A stretch of 64,000 bases of DNA from Daejeonella sp. (GCF_036405355.1 NZ_DASWXT010000068.1:15303-79302); one strand, 5' to 3'; positions 39,581 through 50,876 are shown, numbered from the stretch's first letter. Translations and numbers: made by a program. Notes: generated by a model not told the origin, from the sequence alone.

Positions 39581-40654
39581 TTAAGGAGTTATTGTAATTG
39601 TAATCTCCTTGGTAACAACTTTTTGCTGATCTATATTACCATTAGCCGCAACGAAGGTGGCTTTGTAGGTACCGGCCTTTGCATAGGCATAACGGTATTC
39701 TGTTAAAACAGGATTGGTTAAACCTTTGATAGCTGTTGACCAATCGGGGCCAAGATCAACCTTATCAATACTTATAGCTTTACTAACAGCCCAATGCTCA
39801 CTTTCCGGATCATTATACGGACTTGCCGGATCAAATGGCACAAAAGGCTTAAAGACTGCAGTCGGCTGATATGCCGGATCCAGGGGATCATAGATTGGAT
39901 TTTTAGGATCAAAGATCGGATTTGCAGCATCAAATTGGGGCAGACTTGCATTCAAATAGGTGTTCGCCTGAAGTGTCAATCTTGTCGCAGTAATGGAGGA
40001 TAAAGCTGGAGCTTTATCTTTTAAATCATCAACAATTCTGAAGCCCGCACCCGCCTGATCTGCAATAGTTAATGCCAGAGTATTATCAAGCAATTTCTTA
40101 CTGTTCAAAGTAAAAGTCTGAATGAACCACTGACGGGCAATACCATTGGTAGCCTGTTTCTTGGTATTATAGCGAAAAGCGAAATATATTGGCTTTCCAG
40201 CTACAATAAGATCAGATACATCAACTGTACCTGAAGCAAGAAAAGCTGTAGAAGTACCAAGTTTGAATCTGTTGGTTATGTCCACCCAGGTCGCGGCCTT
40301 CAATTTTGCCACACTGCTGTAATCACCATTGAAATTTGTGGAAGCCAGAAGCGAAAGTTGATTAGCCTGAGTTCCCAATTGAACACTGCTTGTAAAGGCA
40401 AGTGTTGCACCTGCTCCTGCTACGTCAGCTACTCTGCCTGTTCTCGAAGCATAATCTTTCAAGAGTTCTCCTGAATAAAAGGATATTGTTTGTGCCTCAC
40501 CTCCTGTAATTAAAAACTTAACAGATTCACCAGCTTTATAGGTAGTTTTTTCGGCAGTTACATCAAAAGATGGTGCATCTGCCTCAATTGTTGGTTTTTC
40601 ACAGGACGCCATTATGAGTGCCGCAGCGAGGATACTATATATTTTTAGTTTCAT
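39581..40654 (-). CDS. SusD-associated surface lipoprotein (DUF5017-like)
   Basis: Lipobox IMASC; FYSGE, STNFNGDY, HWAVS, C-terminal PKD-like Y.YAKAGTYKATF. Confidence 0.72.
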   Translation of the reverse strand: MKLKIYSILAAALIMASCEKPTIEADAPSFDVTAEKTTYKAGESVKFLITGGEAQTISFYSGELLKDYASRTGRVADVAGAGATLAFTSSVQLGTQANQLSLLASTNFNGDYSSVAKLKAATWVDITNRFKLGTSTAFLASGTVDVSDLIVAGKPIYFAFRYNTKKQATNGIARQWFIQTFTLNSKKLLDNTLALTIADQAGAGFRIVDDLKDKAPALSSITATRLTLQANTYLNASLPQFDAANPIFDPKNPIYDPLDPAYQPTAVFKPFVPFDPASPYNDPESEHWAVSKAISIDKVDLGPDWSTAIKGLTNPVLTEYRYAYAKAGTYKATFVAANGNIDQQKVVTKEITITITP

Positions 40655-40674
40655 AATTTTTATTTTAAATTAAA

Positions 40675-42498
40675 TTATTCCCAACCCGGATTTTGAGTCA
40701 TTTTTAAGTTTGAAGACATTTCATTGATTGGAATTGGCATCAAAAGATCACGTGAACTCACATTCGAATAGTATTTAACAAAGAATTGTCCCGGACTTTG
40801 CTGCTGTAATTTATTACCCATATCCTGATGAACTTTCAGGAATATTCCCCAGCGAAGCAAATCAGCTTTCCTTAGATTTTCAAAGTTAAATTCTCTCATT
40901 CTTTCATCCTGAATTGCTTCTAAGAATGCTTCTTTAGAGGCCGGGTTAATATTACCGTCAGTTGCTTTATTTATTGTTGCTATTGCAGTTGCACCTGAAC
41001 CACCTCCACCGGTGATAGTAATAGTAGGAACAGAAGAATATTCCCCCTCATTAAAGAAAGTAATACCCAATTGATCGCGATCAAGTATAATTTCAGTTAC
41101 TTTGCCTCCCGAAACAGTAGCCTTTGCTGTTGCACCGCCATTACCACTAAATGTCACTGTTGGAGCAGATGTATAGCCTGAACCTCCATTTGTTACTGCA
41201 ATCGTTTTGATACCGGTAGACCAGGCTCTTCTTCTAACCTTGTTGAACGCTTCCACAGCATCAGCAGTCGGACCTTTTAATTCATTTTCAGCTTCTGCAT
41301 ACATTAATAGAACATCAGAATATCTTAACAGAACCATATTTTGAGGTGTTCTTGTAGGAGCTTTAGGAAGTAAAGTTTCGTATTCCCTTCTCCATTTAGC
41401 AGGCTTCATTAGATTTTTGGCATTATCATTAACTGGCAATAATGCCAGGCTTTTACTTCCATTAGTGCTGGAGATTGTATAAGTAAAATGAGCAATGCTA
41501 AACCATTTACGATTATCACCAGGTTCAAATTTATCATAAAGTTCAGAAGTGATATTCATATAAGCATCCGCTCTTCCTGTAGCAGAATTAACATTGGACG
41601 CTGGTCCATTGATCCAGCCAATATTTCCGGTTTCAACATACTGATCAGTGAGGTTTCCAAAAAATTCAACTTCCCAGATGCTTTCCTTGATATCATATTT
41701 ATCACCGGCCAGCTTCATAAAAATGTCTGGATAACTTGGGTTTAAAGAGTGGCCTGCTTCTGCATCATCTATAACCATTTTGGCCCATTTACTTGCTTCT
41801 GCATATCTGGTTTTGTCTTTAACCGGTTCACCGGCCATATGCAAGTTAACTCTTGCTAAAAGACCACGAACAGCTGATTTACTGATTGCTCCGCCAAAAC
41901 CAAGAGTTTTGATACTCGGAACAAGTTTTTCAGCAGCTTCCATATCTTTAATGATCTGCAAATAAACATCTTTAGCACTTGCTCTTGTATCATCAACATC
42001 AACTACAGAAGTTGTAGGTTCAAGCTTCAATGGAACACCACCAAAGTATTGCACCAAAGTAAAGTAATAATACCCTCTCAAGAATAAGCACTCCCCTCTG
42101 ATCGCATCACGCTTTTCTTGTGCTATTGCCGTATTCTTGTCCACATTTTTAATCAAAACATTAGCCTTATTAATCCCTGACCAAAGATTATTCCATAAAC
42201 CTGCATTGTATTGATCTGCAGAAGAGTAGAAATAATTCCATGGACCTGTTGTCAACGTAGCTCTGTTCATATAACCTTCATCAGCAGTCCATGCAAGCAG
42301 ATAACTTGCATAAGTACCATGTAAACCACCGGCACCCAGGTGATCGTAGACGCCGGCACGGGCGAATTGTAACTGGGCTTCAGTCTGATAATAATTATCC
42401 GGATTCAGGAAATCCGTTGGTTCTGTCGCCAGATATTTCTTACAAGAGCCTAAACTCATTAAGAATAGTGTTGCGAGTATATAGTGTTTAATTTTCAT
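40675..42498 (-). CDS. RagB/SusD nutrient-binding lipoprotein
   Basis: Lipobox LGSC; [48 protein letters not shown]; start at MKIKH. Confidence 0.93.
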   Translation of the reverse strand: MKIKHYILATLFLMSLGSCKKYLATEPTDFLNPDNYYQTEAQLQFARAGVYDHLGAGGLHGTYASYLLAWTADEGYMNRATLTTGPWNYFYSSADQYNAGLWNNLWSGINKANVLIKNVDKNTAIAQEKRDAIRGECLFLRGYYYFTLVQYFGGVPLKLEPTTSVVDVDDTRASAKDVYLQIIKDMEAAEKLVPSIKTLGFGGAISKSAVRGLLARVNLHMAGEPVKDKTRYAEASKWAKMVIDDAEAGHSLNPSYPDIFMKLAGDKYDIKESIWEVEFFGNLTDQYVETGNIGWINGPASNVNSATGRADAYMNITSELYDKFEPGDNRKWFSIAHFTYTISSTNGSKSLALLPVNDNAKNLMKPAKWRREYETLLPKAPTRTPQNMVLLRYSDVLLMYAEAENELKGPTADAVEAFNKVRRRAWSTGIKTIAVTNGGSGYTSAPTVTFSGNGGATAKATVSGGKVTEIILDRDQLGITFFNEGEYSSVPTITITGGGGSGATAIATINKATDGNINPASKEAFLEAIQDERMREFNFENLRKADLLRWGIFLKVHQDMGNKLQQQSPGQFFVKYYSNVSSRDLLMPIPINEMSSNLKMTQNPGWE

Positions 42499-42517
42499 TT
42501 TCTTTAAATTAATTTCG

Positions 42518-45500
42518 TTAAAATCCTGCTTTAATACCAAAGGCAATTGTTGGTGATCTTGGATATGATGAATAGTCAAAACCCGGCGTTAAGGTATTAT
42601 TTCGGGTAGAAACTTCCGGATCCATTCCTGAATAGTTTGTCCATGTAATCAGGTTCTGGGCAGAAACATTAACACTTAAATTACTCAGATATGCAGTCTT
42701 AATTAATTTTGCAGGTAAATTATAATTTAATGAAACCGTTTTCATACGCAGGAAGGAACCATCCTCTACTACTCTGGAAGAGTGGAAACCAATTGGACCT
42801 TGTCCGCGGGTACGATAATTTTCATTTGTTGGATTGGTAGGCGACCAGCGGTTTGAATAACTTGCAAACTGGTTTATATTCGCCCAGCCGTTACTGTTAC
42901 CTTCCATAATCAGCCTGTTGGCATTATAGATATCATTACCATAAGACCATTGGAAGAACACATTCAGATTGAACGCCTTATAAGTGAAATTATTTGAGAA
43001 ACCACCAGTATGAATTGGTTGACCCCTTCCGATGAAAGTTAGATCAGCATCATTCATGATCCCATCACCATTCATATCCCTGTATCTGATATCACCCGGC
43101 TGAATTGTATTACGAACAGCTCCGTTGGTAGCTATTGAAGGCTTCAGTAGATAAACACCTGGTGAAGGATTATCAAAATCTTCATACTGATAGTTCCCTT
43201 CCCAAATAAAGCCGATCATCATACCAGCTGGCTTACCAACTTCAGCAACGTACAATGGCTTATTAAACTGAGATACGTATGTAGAATTACTGTTCAGTGA
43301 ACGCTGACCACGTGTTAGTTCCATTACCTTGTTTCTGTTGAAACTGATATTGAAATTACTTTCCCACATGAAGTTCTTTGACTGAACGTTTACAGTGTTC
43401 AAGGTTAATTCCAGACCATCATTTCTTAACTTACCAATATTTTTAACAGCAGAGGTAAATCCGGTAGATGGAGGCAAAATAGCGTTAAGCAACAAATCTT
43501 CTGTTGTTTTACGATATAAATCAACCTCAAATGTGATCCTGTCTTTTAGAATCCCAATTTCATAACCTAAATCAATAGTGTTGACTTTTTCCCACTGCAG
43601 ATCAGGATTACCAACCGCTGAGACATAGTTTGAAGCAATTGGGGTTGAATTATTAAATGAATAACCATTGATATTTTGATCCAAACGTGCATACGTAGCA
43701 AAATCATTAACCCGGTTATTACCATTACTACCATAACTGGTTCTCAGCTTGGACGTTGAAATGCCAGGAAAGGTTTTAGCAAAAAAGCCTTCTTTATGCA
43801 TATTCCACGCTAATGCCGCTCCAGGGAAATATCCCCAGTGGTTGATGAACTTGGAGGAACCATCTGCTCTGAAGGTACCGGTAACAATATATTTGGATTT
43901 ATAGTTATAGTCTAAACGGCCGGCATAAGATGCCATAGTATTTCGGCTTGAATATGAGTCCTGATTATAAGCCAGACCTTCATCCAATCCATCCATCCCA
44001 AGATTCTCATTTGGCAATAACCTGCCACCATAAGACTTCCCATTTGAATTACTACTGTTAATAGCAAATAAGCCGAGTCCTGTTATAGTGTGATCCTTTT
44101 TAAATGTTTTCTTGTAATTCAGGGTTGTTTCATTAGAGAAACTATTTGAAAAAATATTACTGATCGAACCATTAACCCCATTTACATTATTCGGGCTGGA
44201 TCCTCCCTGTGCCGTTTTCGAATTGTAGAAACGTTCAAGTGTTAATTTATTATGACGGATACCAGCAGTTGACTTTAAGACCAGATCTTTATTGATATCA
44301 TAACTGATATAACCGTTTCCTTCAACCAGGTTAGTGATGTTGTATGAGTGCTGATTCTGAAGATCAATAAATGGGTTAACCCTAAAATCTGAAGCATTCA
44401 AGGCTTCATCATCAACTAAATCTGTCAGAAGGTTATCATTTGGATTAGGCGTTATCGGACGGTATAACCATGTTCTTGCTAGTGCAAAAGCAGTTGGGTT
44501 ACCCGATGTCACTGCACCCTCACTGATAATCTGACCGTTTTGCTTAATACCACTGTAATTAGCCGTAATTCCTGCTTTAATCTTATTGCTGATTGTTTGG
44601 TCAACTGTTACCCTTCCAGAATAGCGATTGAAACCAGTATTTATAATAGAACCAGCCTGATCGAATAAAGAACCTGATATAGAATATTTAGTCTGCTCAG
44701 TACCTCCTCTTAATGCAAGATTATAATTCTGAATTGTTCCTTGTCTCAAAACATAATCCTGAAAATTGATCCCTTCAACTCCTCTGTAATCTTCAAGTGT
44801 TTTACCATTTGCAAAAAATGCCCTTGTAGTCGCAGAATTCGGGTTTAATTCATCCTGATATTTGATAAACTCGTATGGACTCATTAATTCCATAGGAGTT
44901 GGAACAGATTGAATACCATATGAACTGGAGAAGTTTACAGTTGGTTTGCCTACCTTTCCACGCTTTGTCTGAATCAAAATTACTCCGTTTGCTGCCCTTG
45001 ATCCGTAGATCGCAGTTGAAGAAGCATCCTTTAATATGGTCATTGATTCGATTTCCTCAGGATTGATAGATCCAGGATCCGGATCTTCTACCGGAAATCC
45101 ATCAATAACGTATAAAGGAGATGTACTTTGAGTTAAAGAACCCGCACCCCTGATCACAATATTGATACCACCACCCGGCTGACCATCAGCTGCGTTAACC
45201 TTAACACCGGCCACACGACCCGCTAAAGCCTCAGCAAATGTTCCAACAGGAGCTTTCATCATTTCATCCATTGGAACAACTCCAACAGATCCTGTAAGAT
45301 CGGGTTTCGCAACAGTACCATAACCAATGACAACTACTTCACTTAGGGAAGAGCTTGAGACAAGCATAGTTACATCGATTGTGGTTCGGTTACCCACAAC
45401 AAGTTCTCTGGTTTCCATTCCAAGAAATGCAAATACAAGTGTTTCAGTACTTGCAGCCTGGATGCTGTATTTTCCATTTGCCAGAGTTGTGGTACCTCTG

Positions 45501-45679
45501 GTTGAACCCTTAACCCGTACTGTCACTCCGGGTAATGGCTGTCCAGCTTCGAAAACTGTACCAGTTATAGTTTTTAATTGCTGGGAAAAAACCTGCTCAG
45601 AAAAACTGAGGAAAAGCATCAGCAGCATTACTACCCCTACTCCGGAGGGATAATACCTTTGTTTTTTAAACTTCATCAT
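42518..45679 (-). CDS. SusC/RagA TonB-dependent transporter
   Basis: [58 protein letters not shown]. Confidence 0.96.
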   Translation of the reverse strand: MMKFKKQRYYPSGVGVVMLLMLFLSFSEQVFSQQLKTITGTVFEAGQPLPGVTVRVKGSTRGTTTLANGKYSIQAASTETLVFAFLGMETRELVVGNRTTIDVTMLVSSSSLSEVVVIGYGTVAKPDLTGSVGVVPMDEMMKAPVGTFAEALAGRVAGVKVNAADGQPGGGINIVIRGAGSLTQSTSPLYVIDGFPVEDPDPGSINPEEIESMTILKDASSTAIYGSRAANGVILIQTKRGKVGKPTVNFSSSYGIQSVPTPMELMSPYEFIKYQDELNPNSATTRAFFANGKTLEDYRGVEGINFQDYVLRQGTIQNYNLALRGGTEQTKYSISGSLFDQAGSIINTGFNRYSGRVTVDQTISNKIKAGITANYSGIKQNGQIISEGAVTSGNPTAFALARTWLYRPITPNPNDNLLTDLVDDEALNASDFRVNPFIDLQNQHSYNITNLVEGNGYISYDINKDLVLKSTAGIRHNKLTLERFYNSKTAQGGSSPNNVNGVNGSISNIFSNSFSNETTLNYKKTFKKDHTITGLGLFAINSSNSNGKSYGGRLLPNENLGMDGLDEGLAYNQDSYSSRNTMASYAGRLDYNYKSKYIVTGTFRADGSSKFINHWGYFPGAALAWNMHKEGFFAKTFPGISTSKLRTSYGSNGNNRVNDFATYARLDQNINGYSFNNSTPIASNYVSAVGNPDLQWEKVNTIDLGYEIGILKDRITFEVDLYRKTTEDLLLNAILPPSTGFTSAVKNIGKLRNDGLELTLNTVNVQSKNFMWESNFNISFNRNKVMELTRGQRSLNSNSTYVSQFNKPLYVAEVGKPAGMMIGFIWEGNYQYEDFDNPSPGVYLLKPSIATNGAVRNTIQPGDIRYRDMNGDGIMNDADLTFIGRGQPIHTGGFSNNFTYKAFNLNVFFQWSYGNDIYNANRLIMEGNSNGWANINQFASYSNRWSPTNPTNENYRTRGQGPIGFHSSRVVEDGSFLRMKTVSLNYNLPAKLIKTAYLSNLSVNVSAQNLITWTNYSGMDPEVSTRNNTLTPGFDYSSYPRSPTIAFGIKAGF

Positions 45680-45735
45680 GTAAATTTTTAGCATAGTTTA
45701 TAATTAATAGTAAATAAATAGGCAGGTGAGCAATA

Positions 45736-45749
45736 CGGGTGCGTACCCG
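45736..45749. promoter_or_regulatory. Operator copy 5
   Basis: CGGGTGCGTACCCG (extended palindrome TACGGGT-GCGT-ACCCGTA) upstream of susC. Confidence 0.8.
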
Positions 45750-45959
45750 TATGTAAAAAAATTAAAAAAAAAATGCATTCTTAATCATAAAAAATAAAAG
45801 GCAAGAGTTAAAATAGTTAGTTTAACATGTCAAAAAATCACTTTGACGGCATTTATTTATATTGATCTGTGGCAAATTATATAAAAAGCGACGAATACAG
45901 AAAGTTAAAATATTTTAAAATATACATTTCTGATGCTGCAACAAGAGAAAACTATCATT

Positions 45960-45973
45960 CGGTTACGTACACT
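45960..45973. promoter_or_regulatory. Operator copy 6
   Basis: CGGTTACGTACACT, second site upstream of susC. Confidence 0.7.
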
Positions 45974-46032
45974 AATATATAAATAATTGTAAAAATTAAA
46001 AATTTATTTAGCTCAATTTGCAGAAATTAAAC

Positions 46033-47385
46033 TTAAGACTTATTAAAAGGATCAGCGATTTTTATAAGATCGGTTCGTGTGAAATCATTTTCTGTGACCC
46101 TTGCAAGTGCGTAAACTTCACCCCTCTGCCCTACAGCAATAGAATTTACATACAATGGGCGATCCCCATTGGGATAAAAGATTGGGCCATGATCCTGATA
46201 TATTCCCTCTGGTATATTATAAGTTACCAAATGCAGATTTTCAAGGCCTTTTGCTGCACCTTTAGCAATCTCAGTTTGACCTGTGACACGCTTTCCGTCA
46301 ATATATACAGGACCGCCTGTCAGGTAATAAATAGTCTTACCATCGGGTCCAAGTTGAAAGCCAAGATAGCCATAACTAAACTGATCGAACATACCGCTTT
46401 TAGCTGAAGGCTCTGAAGTAATACGTCTGACAAGCTCTATTTTAGATTTTTTAGGATCGAACTTAAATAAATATCCTGAATTCCCATGAACTCCATAGGC
46501 TAAACCCTCAGGTTTATACCAGAAAACTTTTCTCCAGTTATAACCCATACTTCCAGGTCTGGTTGGATCGTATTTACCAAAATAATCAAGCCTGAGGTTT
46601 ACGTTTTCAAGTTTATTGATGCGCCCTTCTTCAGGGTTATAGCTAAAAATATCACCCTCTGAAGTAGAAAAATGTACAGTTCCATCAGAAGGGTCTACCA
46701 CAAGAGAACGGCATAATGAACGAAAATCATCACCTGGTTCCCCTCCTTCACCATTTCCTGATGTACGACCCAGGTCTTTTAATTCATTTTTTTCAATATC
46801 ATAATGTATAAAATTACCTTTGGGCCAGGAAATACCAAAAATATGTCCACGGTCACGATCCATTGTCATCGAAACCATACCTTCTCCATTAGGTACCAAA
46901 GCAAGGTTTTCGAACTCTCTTGTTTGCATGTCATAAGAAAGAATATGTCCACCCGGGTATAATTTATACCCGGAAGGAGGATTAACCGGAAGCCGGTCCA
47001 TTCCATTGATTAGTTCATAATAACCTACATGAGTTGAGAAGTAAAGCTTCCCATTCCTTTCAAAGAACCTTGCATGACTTTTCCCCTGCGGAATGAACAT
47101 CTGATCTTTTTCGCCACAGATTTCAGTAAGATCTCCAAGAAACTCTGTCTTATCAGTCCTGGGATTATACAGGTACATTTTACCTCCAACATGGATCTGG
47201 TCTGATGATAATATATAATAAATATTCCCATCACTTGCAGCTGATAATGCATTGTAAGTATCATGGGCCTCTTGAAATCCCGAATTATAAGTAGTGGCGG
47301 TAAGATGATTTACTTCATCCGTTTCATTAATATAAGTTTCAGCTTTTAATTGATTCAATTCAACAATTCCGTCTAATTTGTCCAT
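46033..47385 (-). CDS. Hypothetical beta-propeller protein, no clear signal peptide
   Basis: Repeated short-strand blades (MYLYNP, LSYDM, HYDI, FSYNP, FKFDP, VTYNI). Confidence 0.65.
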   Translation of the reverse strand: MDKLDGIVELNQLKAETYINETDEVNHLTATTYNSGFQEAHDTYNALSAASDGNIYYILSSDQIHVGGKMYLYNPRTDKTEFLGDLTEICGEKDQMFIPQGKSHARFFERNGKLYFSTHVGYYELINGMDRLPVNPPSGYKLYPGGHILSYDMQTREFENLALVPNGEGMVSMTMDRDRGHIFGISWPKGNFIHYDIEKNELKDLGRTSGNGEGGEPGDDFRSLCRSLVVDPSDGTVHFSTSEGDIFSYNPEEGRINKLENVNLRLDYFGKYDPTRPGSMGYNWRKVFWYKPEGLAYGVHGNSGYLFKFDPKKSKIELVRRITSEPSAKSGMFDQFSYGYLGFQLGPDGKTIYYLTGGPVYIDGKRVTGQTEIAKGAAKGLENLHLVTYNIPEGIYQDHGPIFYPNGDRPLYVNSIAVGQRGEVYALARVTENDFTRTDLIKIADPFNKS

Positions 47386-47448
47386 GCAATATTATTTTGT
47401 ATCAAAATATTCCCAACAAGACCATTGGCCTATATGCTTTTTAATTTT

Positions 47449-48837
47449 TTATTTTTCCAATGATTTTTTTACTGATTCTGCACTAGCCTGTATCTTGCTG
47501 ATTGCATTAGCAATTGAATCCATGTCTTCCCTGCTGCCAAGAAGAAGGTTCTGAGTAAACCATACCATTTCTGTACATAAAAGATCATTCTCAGGGCACT
47601 GATTTCGCTCCATATATTTATCATAATCGAGCATATCCTTATGGTACATCCTTTTAAAATTCTTTGATGCGAAAGCTTCTTTAAGAAATTCCTGCTTGTT
47701 CAAAGGAGTATAACCACCAGAACAAGGCACTCCTTCTGCACGCAAAGCCTGTAAAAATGAATTTCTGGATAAACCTTTAAAGTCCTCTTTCTTATATCTG
47801 AATGAAAACAAATGGAATGAAACCCGGGTTGCACAATCATATAATTTATAAGGAACAATCCCGGGAATATCCTTAATCTTTGACTTCAAATACTTCGCAT
47901 TCTCTTCACGTACAGTCGTTTGTGCATCAAGTCTTTGCAGCTGAGCTAAACCAATAGCAGCCTGATATTCAGTAATACGAACCTTGGTGCCAATCCTTAT
48001 GCTCCCTGCATTAAAAGTTCCTACCGCAGTACCAAAGGGTAAGCCAAGATTCTGAAAAGAAACACAGCGGTCCATAAAGGCTCCGTCATTACTAATAATT
48101 GCACCACCTTCACCAATTGGAATATTTTTTGAGTTTTGAAAACTAAAACAACCCGCATTGCCGATTGTTCCAACTTTTTGGTTATTGACCTCAGTTAATG
48201 GAGCCTGGCAGGCATCTTCAACCACAAACAGATTGTGCTTTTTTGCAATTTCCATTATTCTTGGCATATCTGCTGGCATTCCTAAAATATGGACCGGCAA
48301 AATTGCTTTTGTACGTGGTGTTATCTTTGCTTCTATTTTTGCAGGATCAATCTGATATGTTTCCGGATCAATATCCACAAATACCGGCATAGCTCCATTC
48401 ATAAGAATAGCCTGCACGGTTGATATAAATGTATATGGCGGAACAAGTACTTCATCACCGCCTTTAATATCCAGTTGATTCAACGCCACAATCAAAGCAT
48501 TGGTTCCATTGTTAACAACCAAACAACGCTTAGCACCATTGACATTTGCCCAGGCGGCTTCAAACTCGTTGACTACTCCCGCACGCGACCAAACACCGCT
48601 TCTCAGGACTTCAAGAACGCGCTTTTCATCCGTTTCTGGTACCCAGATAGGCCATTTGATCCATTTGGCTTTATCCCATGCTGAAGGGCCGCCTAAAATC
48701 GCTGGTCTCGCTGCATTGTTTAAATCCCCTGCTAGCAGAGAAGGTGTCATACCCATCGTCAGCACAGCTCCCACTCCAGCCAGAGAGCTCTGCTTTAAAA
48801 ACTTACGTCTCGATGAATCAGTATTCTTATTTTTCAT
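47449..48837 (-). CDS. Second Tat-exported DegT-family PLP aminotransferase
   Basis: SSRRKFLK; NGTNAL, VVEDACQA, CFSFQNSKNIPIGEGG. Confidence 0.9.
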   Translation of the reverse strand: MKNKNTDSSRRKFLKQSSLAGVGAVLTMGMTPSLLAGDLNNAARPAILGGPSAWDKAKWIKWPIWVPETDEKRVLEVLRSGVWSRAGVVNEFEAAWANVNGAKRCLVVNNGTNALIVALNQLDIKGGDEVLVPPYTFISTVQAILMNGAMPVFVDIDPETYQIDPAKIEAKITPRTKAILPVHILGMPADMPRIMEIAKKHNLFVVEDACQAPLTEVNNQKVGTIGNAGCFSFQNSKNIPIGEGGAIISNDGAFMDRCVSFQNLGLPFGTAVGTFNAGSIRIGTKVRITEYQAAIGLAQLQRLDAQTTVREENAKYLKSKIKDIPGIVPYKLYDCATRVSFHLFSFRYKKEDFKGLSRNSFLQALRAEGVPCSGGYTPLNKQEFLKEAFASKNFKRMYHKDMLDYDKYMERNQCPENDLLCTEMVWFTQNLLLGSREDMDSIANAISKIQASAESVKKSLEK

Positions 48838-48986
48838 GGCTATTTTATTTCAATTCAATTTTTTGGCTTTGATATAAGGTTTCAGCTATAGTTTATTATA
48901 ACAAGAGTGATTCACATAATACCTGTCAGGAATCCTCCTGCTTTAATACCGGTCTGCTAGGTCGAAAAGATTTAGGCGTACATTAA

Positions 48987-49000
48987 CGTTTACGTACCCG
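48987..49000. promoter_or_regulatory. Operator copy 7
   Basis: CGTTTACGTACCCG upstream of DegT-2. Confidence 0.8.
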
Positions 49001-49079
49001 AATATATAAATTATTTTTATTAAAACAATAGTTCACAGGGAGAATTATCAAGATAAATGTGAGTTAAAATGGAAATTAT

Positions 49080-50282
49080 TTACCTGATCACAACCCCAAT
49101 CATATCAATAGAAATTCCCGCCTCAGCCTTTCCGACATCCTTTACCATAGCTTTCGAGGCGGCTGGCGGACGAAGCGGATCATAATATTTAGGACGAATT
49201 TCATTTAATTTAGCACTATGAGCATCATTGCTAACATAATAGGTTGCTTTTACAAGATGCCTGAAATCACTGCCCGTATTTTTCAATATGGTACCCATTA
49301 GATTGAAGACAGATGCCAATTCAGAATCAGCATTACCGGAAATTTGTCCGTATAATCCTGATATATAAACCTTTTGACCATAGTTAATCCGGGTAACTTT
49401 ACAGTAAACGGGTGAAGCTGTCATTCCGGGAGGAGTAATAAAATCAAGCTGCTGATTTGATTTAGATGCTGTATTGGGAGATGAAGCAATTAATTCTATT
49501 TCAATTACCGGATCTTTACTTGTCCATTCAACATTGACCATGGGTGGTATAGTACCCCCCTTAAAAAATTTGGCAAACTCCTCCTCTACTATTTTAAGGT
49601 CAGACATTGGCCTGACGAAGGATTTAATCTGAACAATATCCTTTTTCTCTAATCCCAATGAAACAAGAGTAGTCTGAAGCTGCTCCAGGGTTCCGCGTGT
49701 TGCTTCTGCAAGTTCACCTTTAACCGCCTGACCTGAAACATAAACAACAGGACCTGCAGGTAAAATTGACGCCCGGGCGACAGCCGGAGCTGAGGATAAA
49801 TTCCCGGGCATAAAATAACTAACACTCTTTGTATTGATTTTAGCTGTAACTGCAATTGCGTCCATTGAAATCAAAGCGTCGGTATGAGAAAGATCCCCGG
49901 CAACAAAACTCAGAGCAGGACACTTCCCTGATTTAAACCGCTTATATATCTGCTCCTGAACTGTAGAGATCAGACTTGAATTCCTGATATAGATATTAAG
50001 TTTAACGATCTGATCTGGTTTTGACCCAGCCTGTTTCAAAGCAGAAATAATATTTAAAAAAACCTGGTTGGTCTGCGCATTGATATCACCAGATCCAACA
50101 ATACTGCCTGATCTATCCACAGGCAGGAATTGTGTGGTATGAACTAGCGGAACATCATCAACAACTACTGCATCCGAAGCTCCCGGAAAATTCGCAGATC
50201 CTGAATATTGAATGTGTTGCCCTTTCTGAGCAAAACCGGAATAACCCAGAAATAAGAAAAAAATGCAGATCAGAGCTTTCAT
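49080..50282 (-). CDS. Secreted protein of three fused RidA/YjgF/L-PSP domains
   Basis: Signal peptide; three repeats (IVKLNIY; VYVSGQ...IVQIKSF...VIEIE; VYISG...LVKATYY). Confidence 0.85.
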   Translation of the reverse strand: MKALICIFFLFLGYSGFAQKGQHIQYSGSANFPGASDAVVVDDVPLVHTTQFLPVDRSGSIVGSGDINAQTNQVFLNIISALKQAGSKPDQIVKLNIYIRNSSLISTVQEQIYKRFKSGKCPALSFVAGDLSHTDALISMDAIAVTAKINTKSVSYFMPGNLSSAPAVARASILPAGPVVYVSGQAVKGELAEATRGTLEQLQTTLVSLGLEKKDIVQIKSFVRPMSDLKIVEEEFAKFFKGGTIPPMVNVEWTSKDPVIEIELIASSPNTASKSNQQLDFITPPGMTASPVYCKVTRINYGQKVYISGLYGQISGNADSELASVFNLMGTILKNTGSDFRHLVKATYYVSNDAHSAKLNEIRPKYYDPLRPPAASKAMVKDVGKAEAGISIDMIGVVIR

Positions 50283-50290
50283 GTTTAGAT

Positions 50291-50311
50291 GTCAGTTGTC
50301 AGTTGTCTGTT
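50291..50311. repeat. Heptamer repeat x3 upstream of RidA start
   Basis: GTCAGTT GTCAGTT GTCTGTT. Confidence 0.7.
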
Positions 50312-50417
50312 GCCAGAAATATCCTGCTATATTTAAAATGAACACGTAACTTCATTATTCTTTATTCATTGTTCCAGGAAATTATTTTCAAGAAGCAGGT
50401 ACTAGTCTTAATGACCA

Positions 50418-50495
50418 TTCCCTATTTCCTATTTCCTATTTCCTATTTCCTATTTCCTATTCCCTATTCCCTATTTCCTATTCCCTATTCCCCTA
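50418..50495 (-). repeat. Heptamer SSR (TAGGRAA) x10 beginning at the HiPIP stop codon
   Basis: Ten TT(T/C)CCTA units at 50418-50487 plus an 8-nt unit containing the TAG stop. Confidence 0.95.
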
Positions 50496-50876
50496 ACTAT
50501 TAACCGGTGCCCAATAAGCACAATATCCCTCAGAGCGAACTGGCCCTTTAAACAACATACAACCACCGCAAGGCTTATCCTTCGCCGGCGGAAGGTAAAG
50601 TGCGCAATTACTGCAATGGCTATCCGGTATTGGTGTTTTGTTTACATATGCAAGCTTTTTACGTTTTGCAACTTCTTCGGCACTTACTCCTGTTAGGTCA
50701 TCGCAAGGATTTTTTTGTGCTGGCTGTGGAGTTTTGGGCTGCTGATTCGAATCCCCTTCTTTAGCCATGCTGCTAACTGAACTGCCGGCAACCAATATTC
50801 CTGTTCCTATTGCAACTGAACCAGCAAGTATATACTTACCAATGAACCTTCTTCTTGAATACTTTTGTTCTTCCAT
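50493..50876 (-). CDS. Tat-exported high-potential iron-sulfur protein (HiPIP)
   Basis: YSRRRFIG; CSNC...C..C.LFKG.V..EGYCAYW. Confidence 0.88.
   Translation of the reverse strand: MEEQKYSRRRFIGKYILAGSVAIGTGILVAGSSVSSMAKEGDSNQQPKTPQPAQKNPCDDLTGVSAEEVAKRKKLAYVNKTPIPDSHCSNCALYLPPAKDKPCGGCMLFKGPVRSEGYCAYWAPVNS

Noticed and set aside
48838-48986. Riboswitch in the long DegT-2 leader
   Set aside because: No recognisable aptamer consensus by eye; needs an Rfam scan
50338-50351. Possible tenth operator (ATGAACACGTAACT)
   Set aside because: Only about half matches the consensus and it lacks the terminal CG pairs
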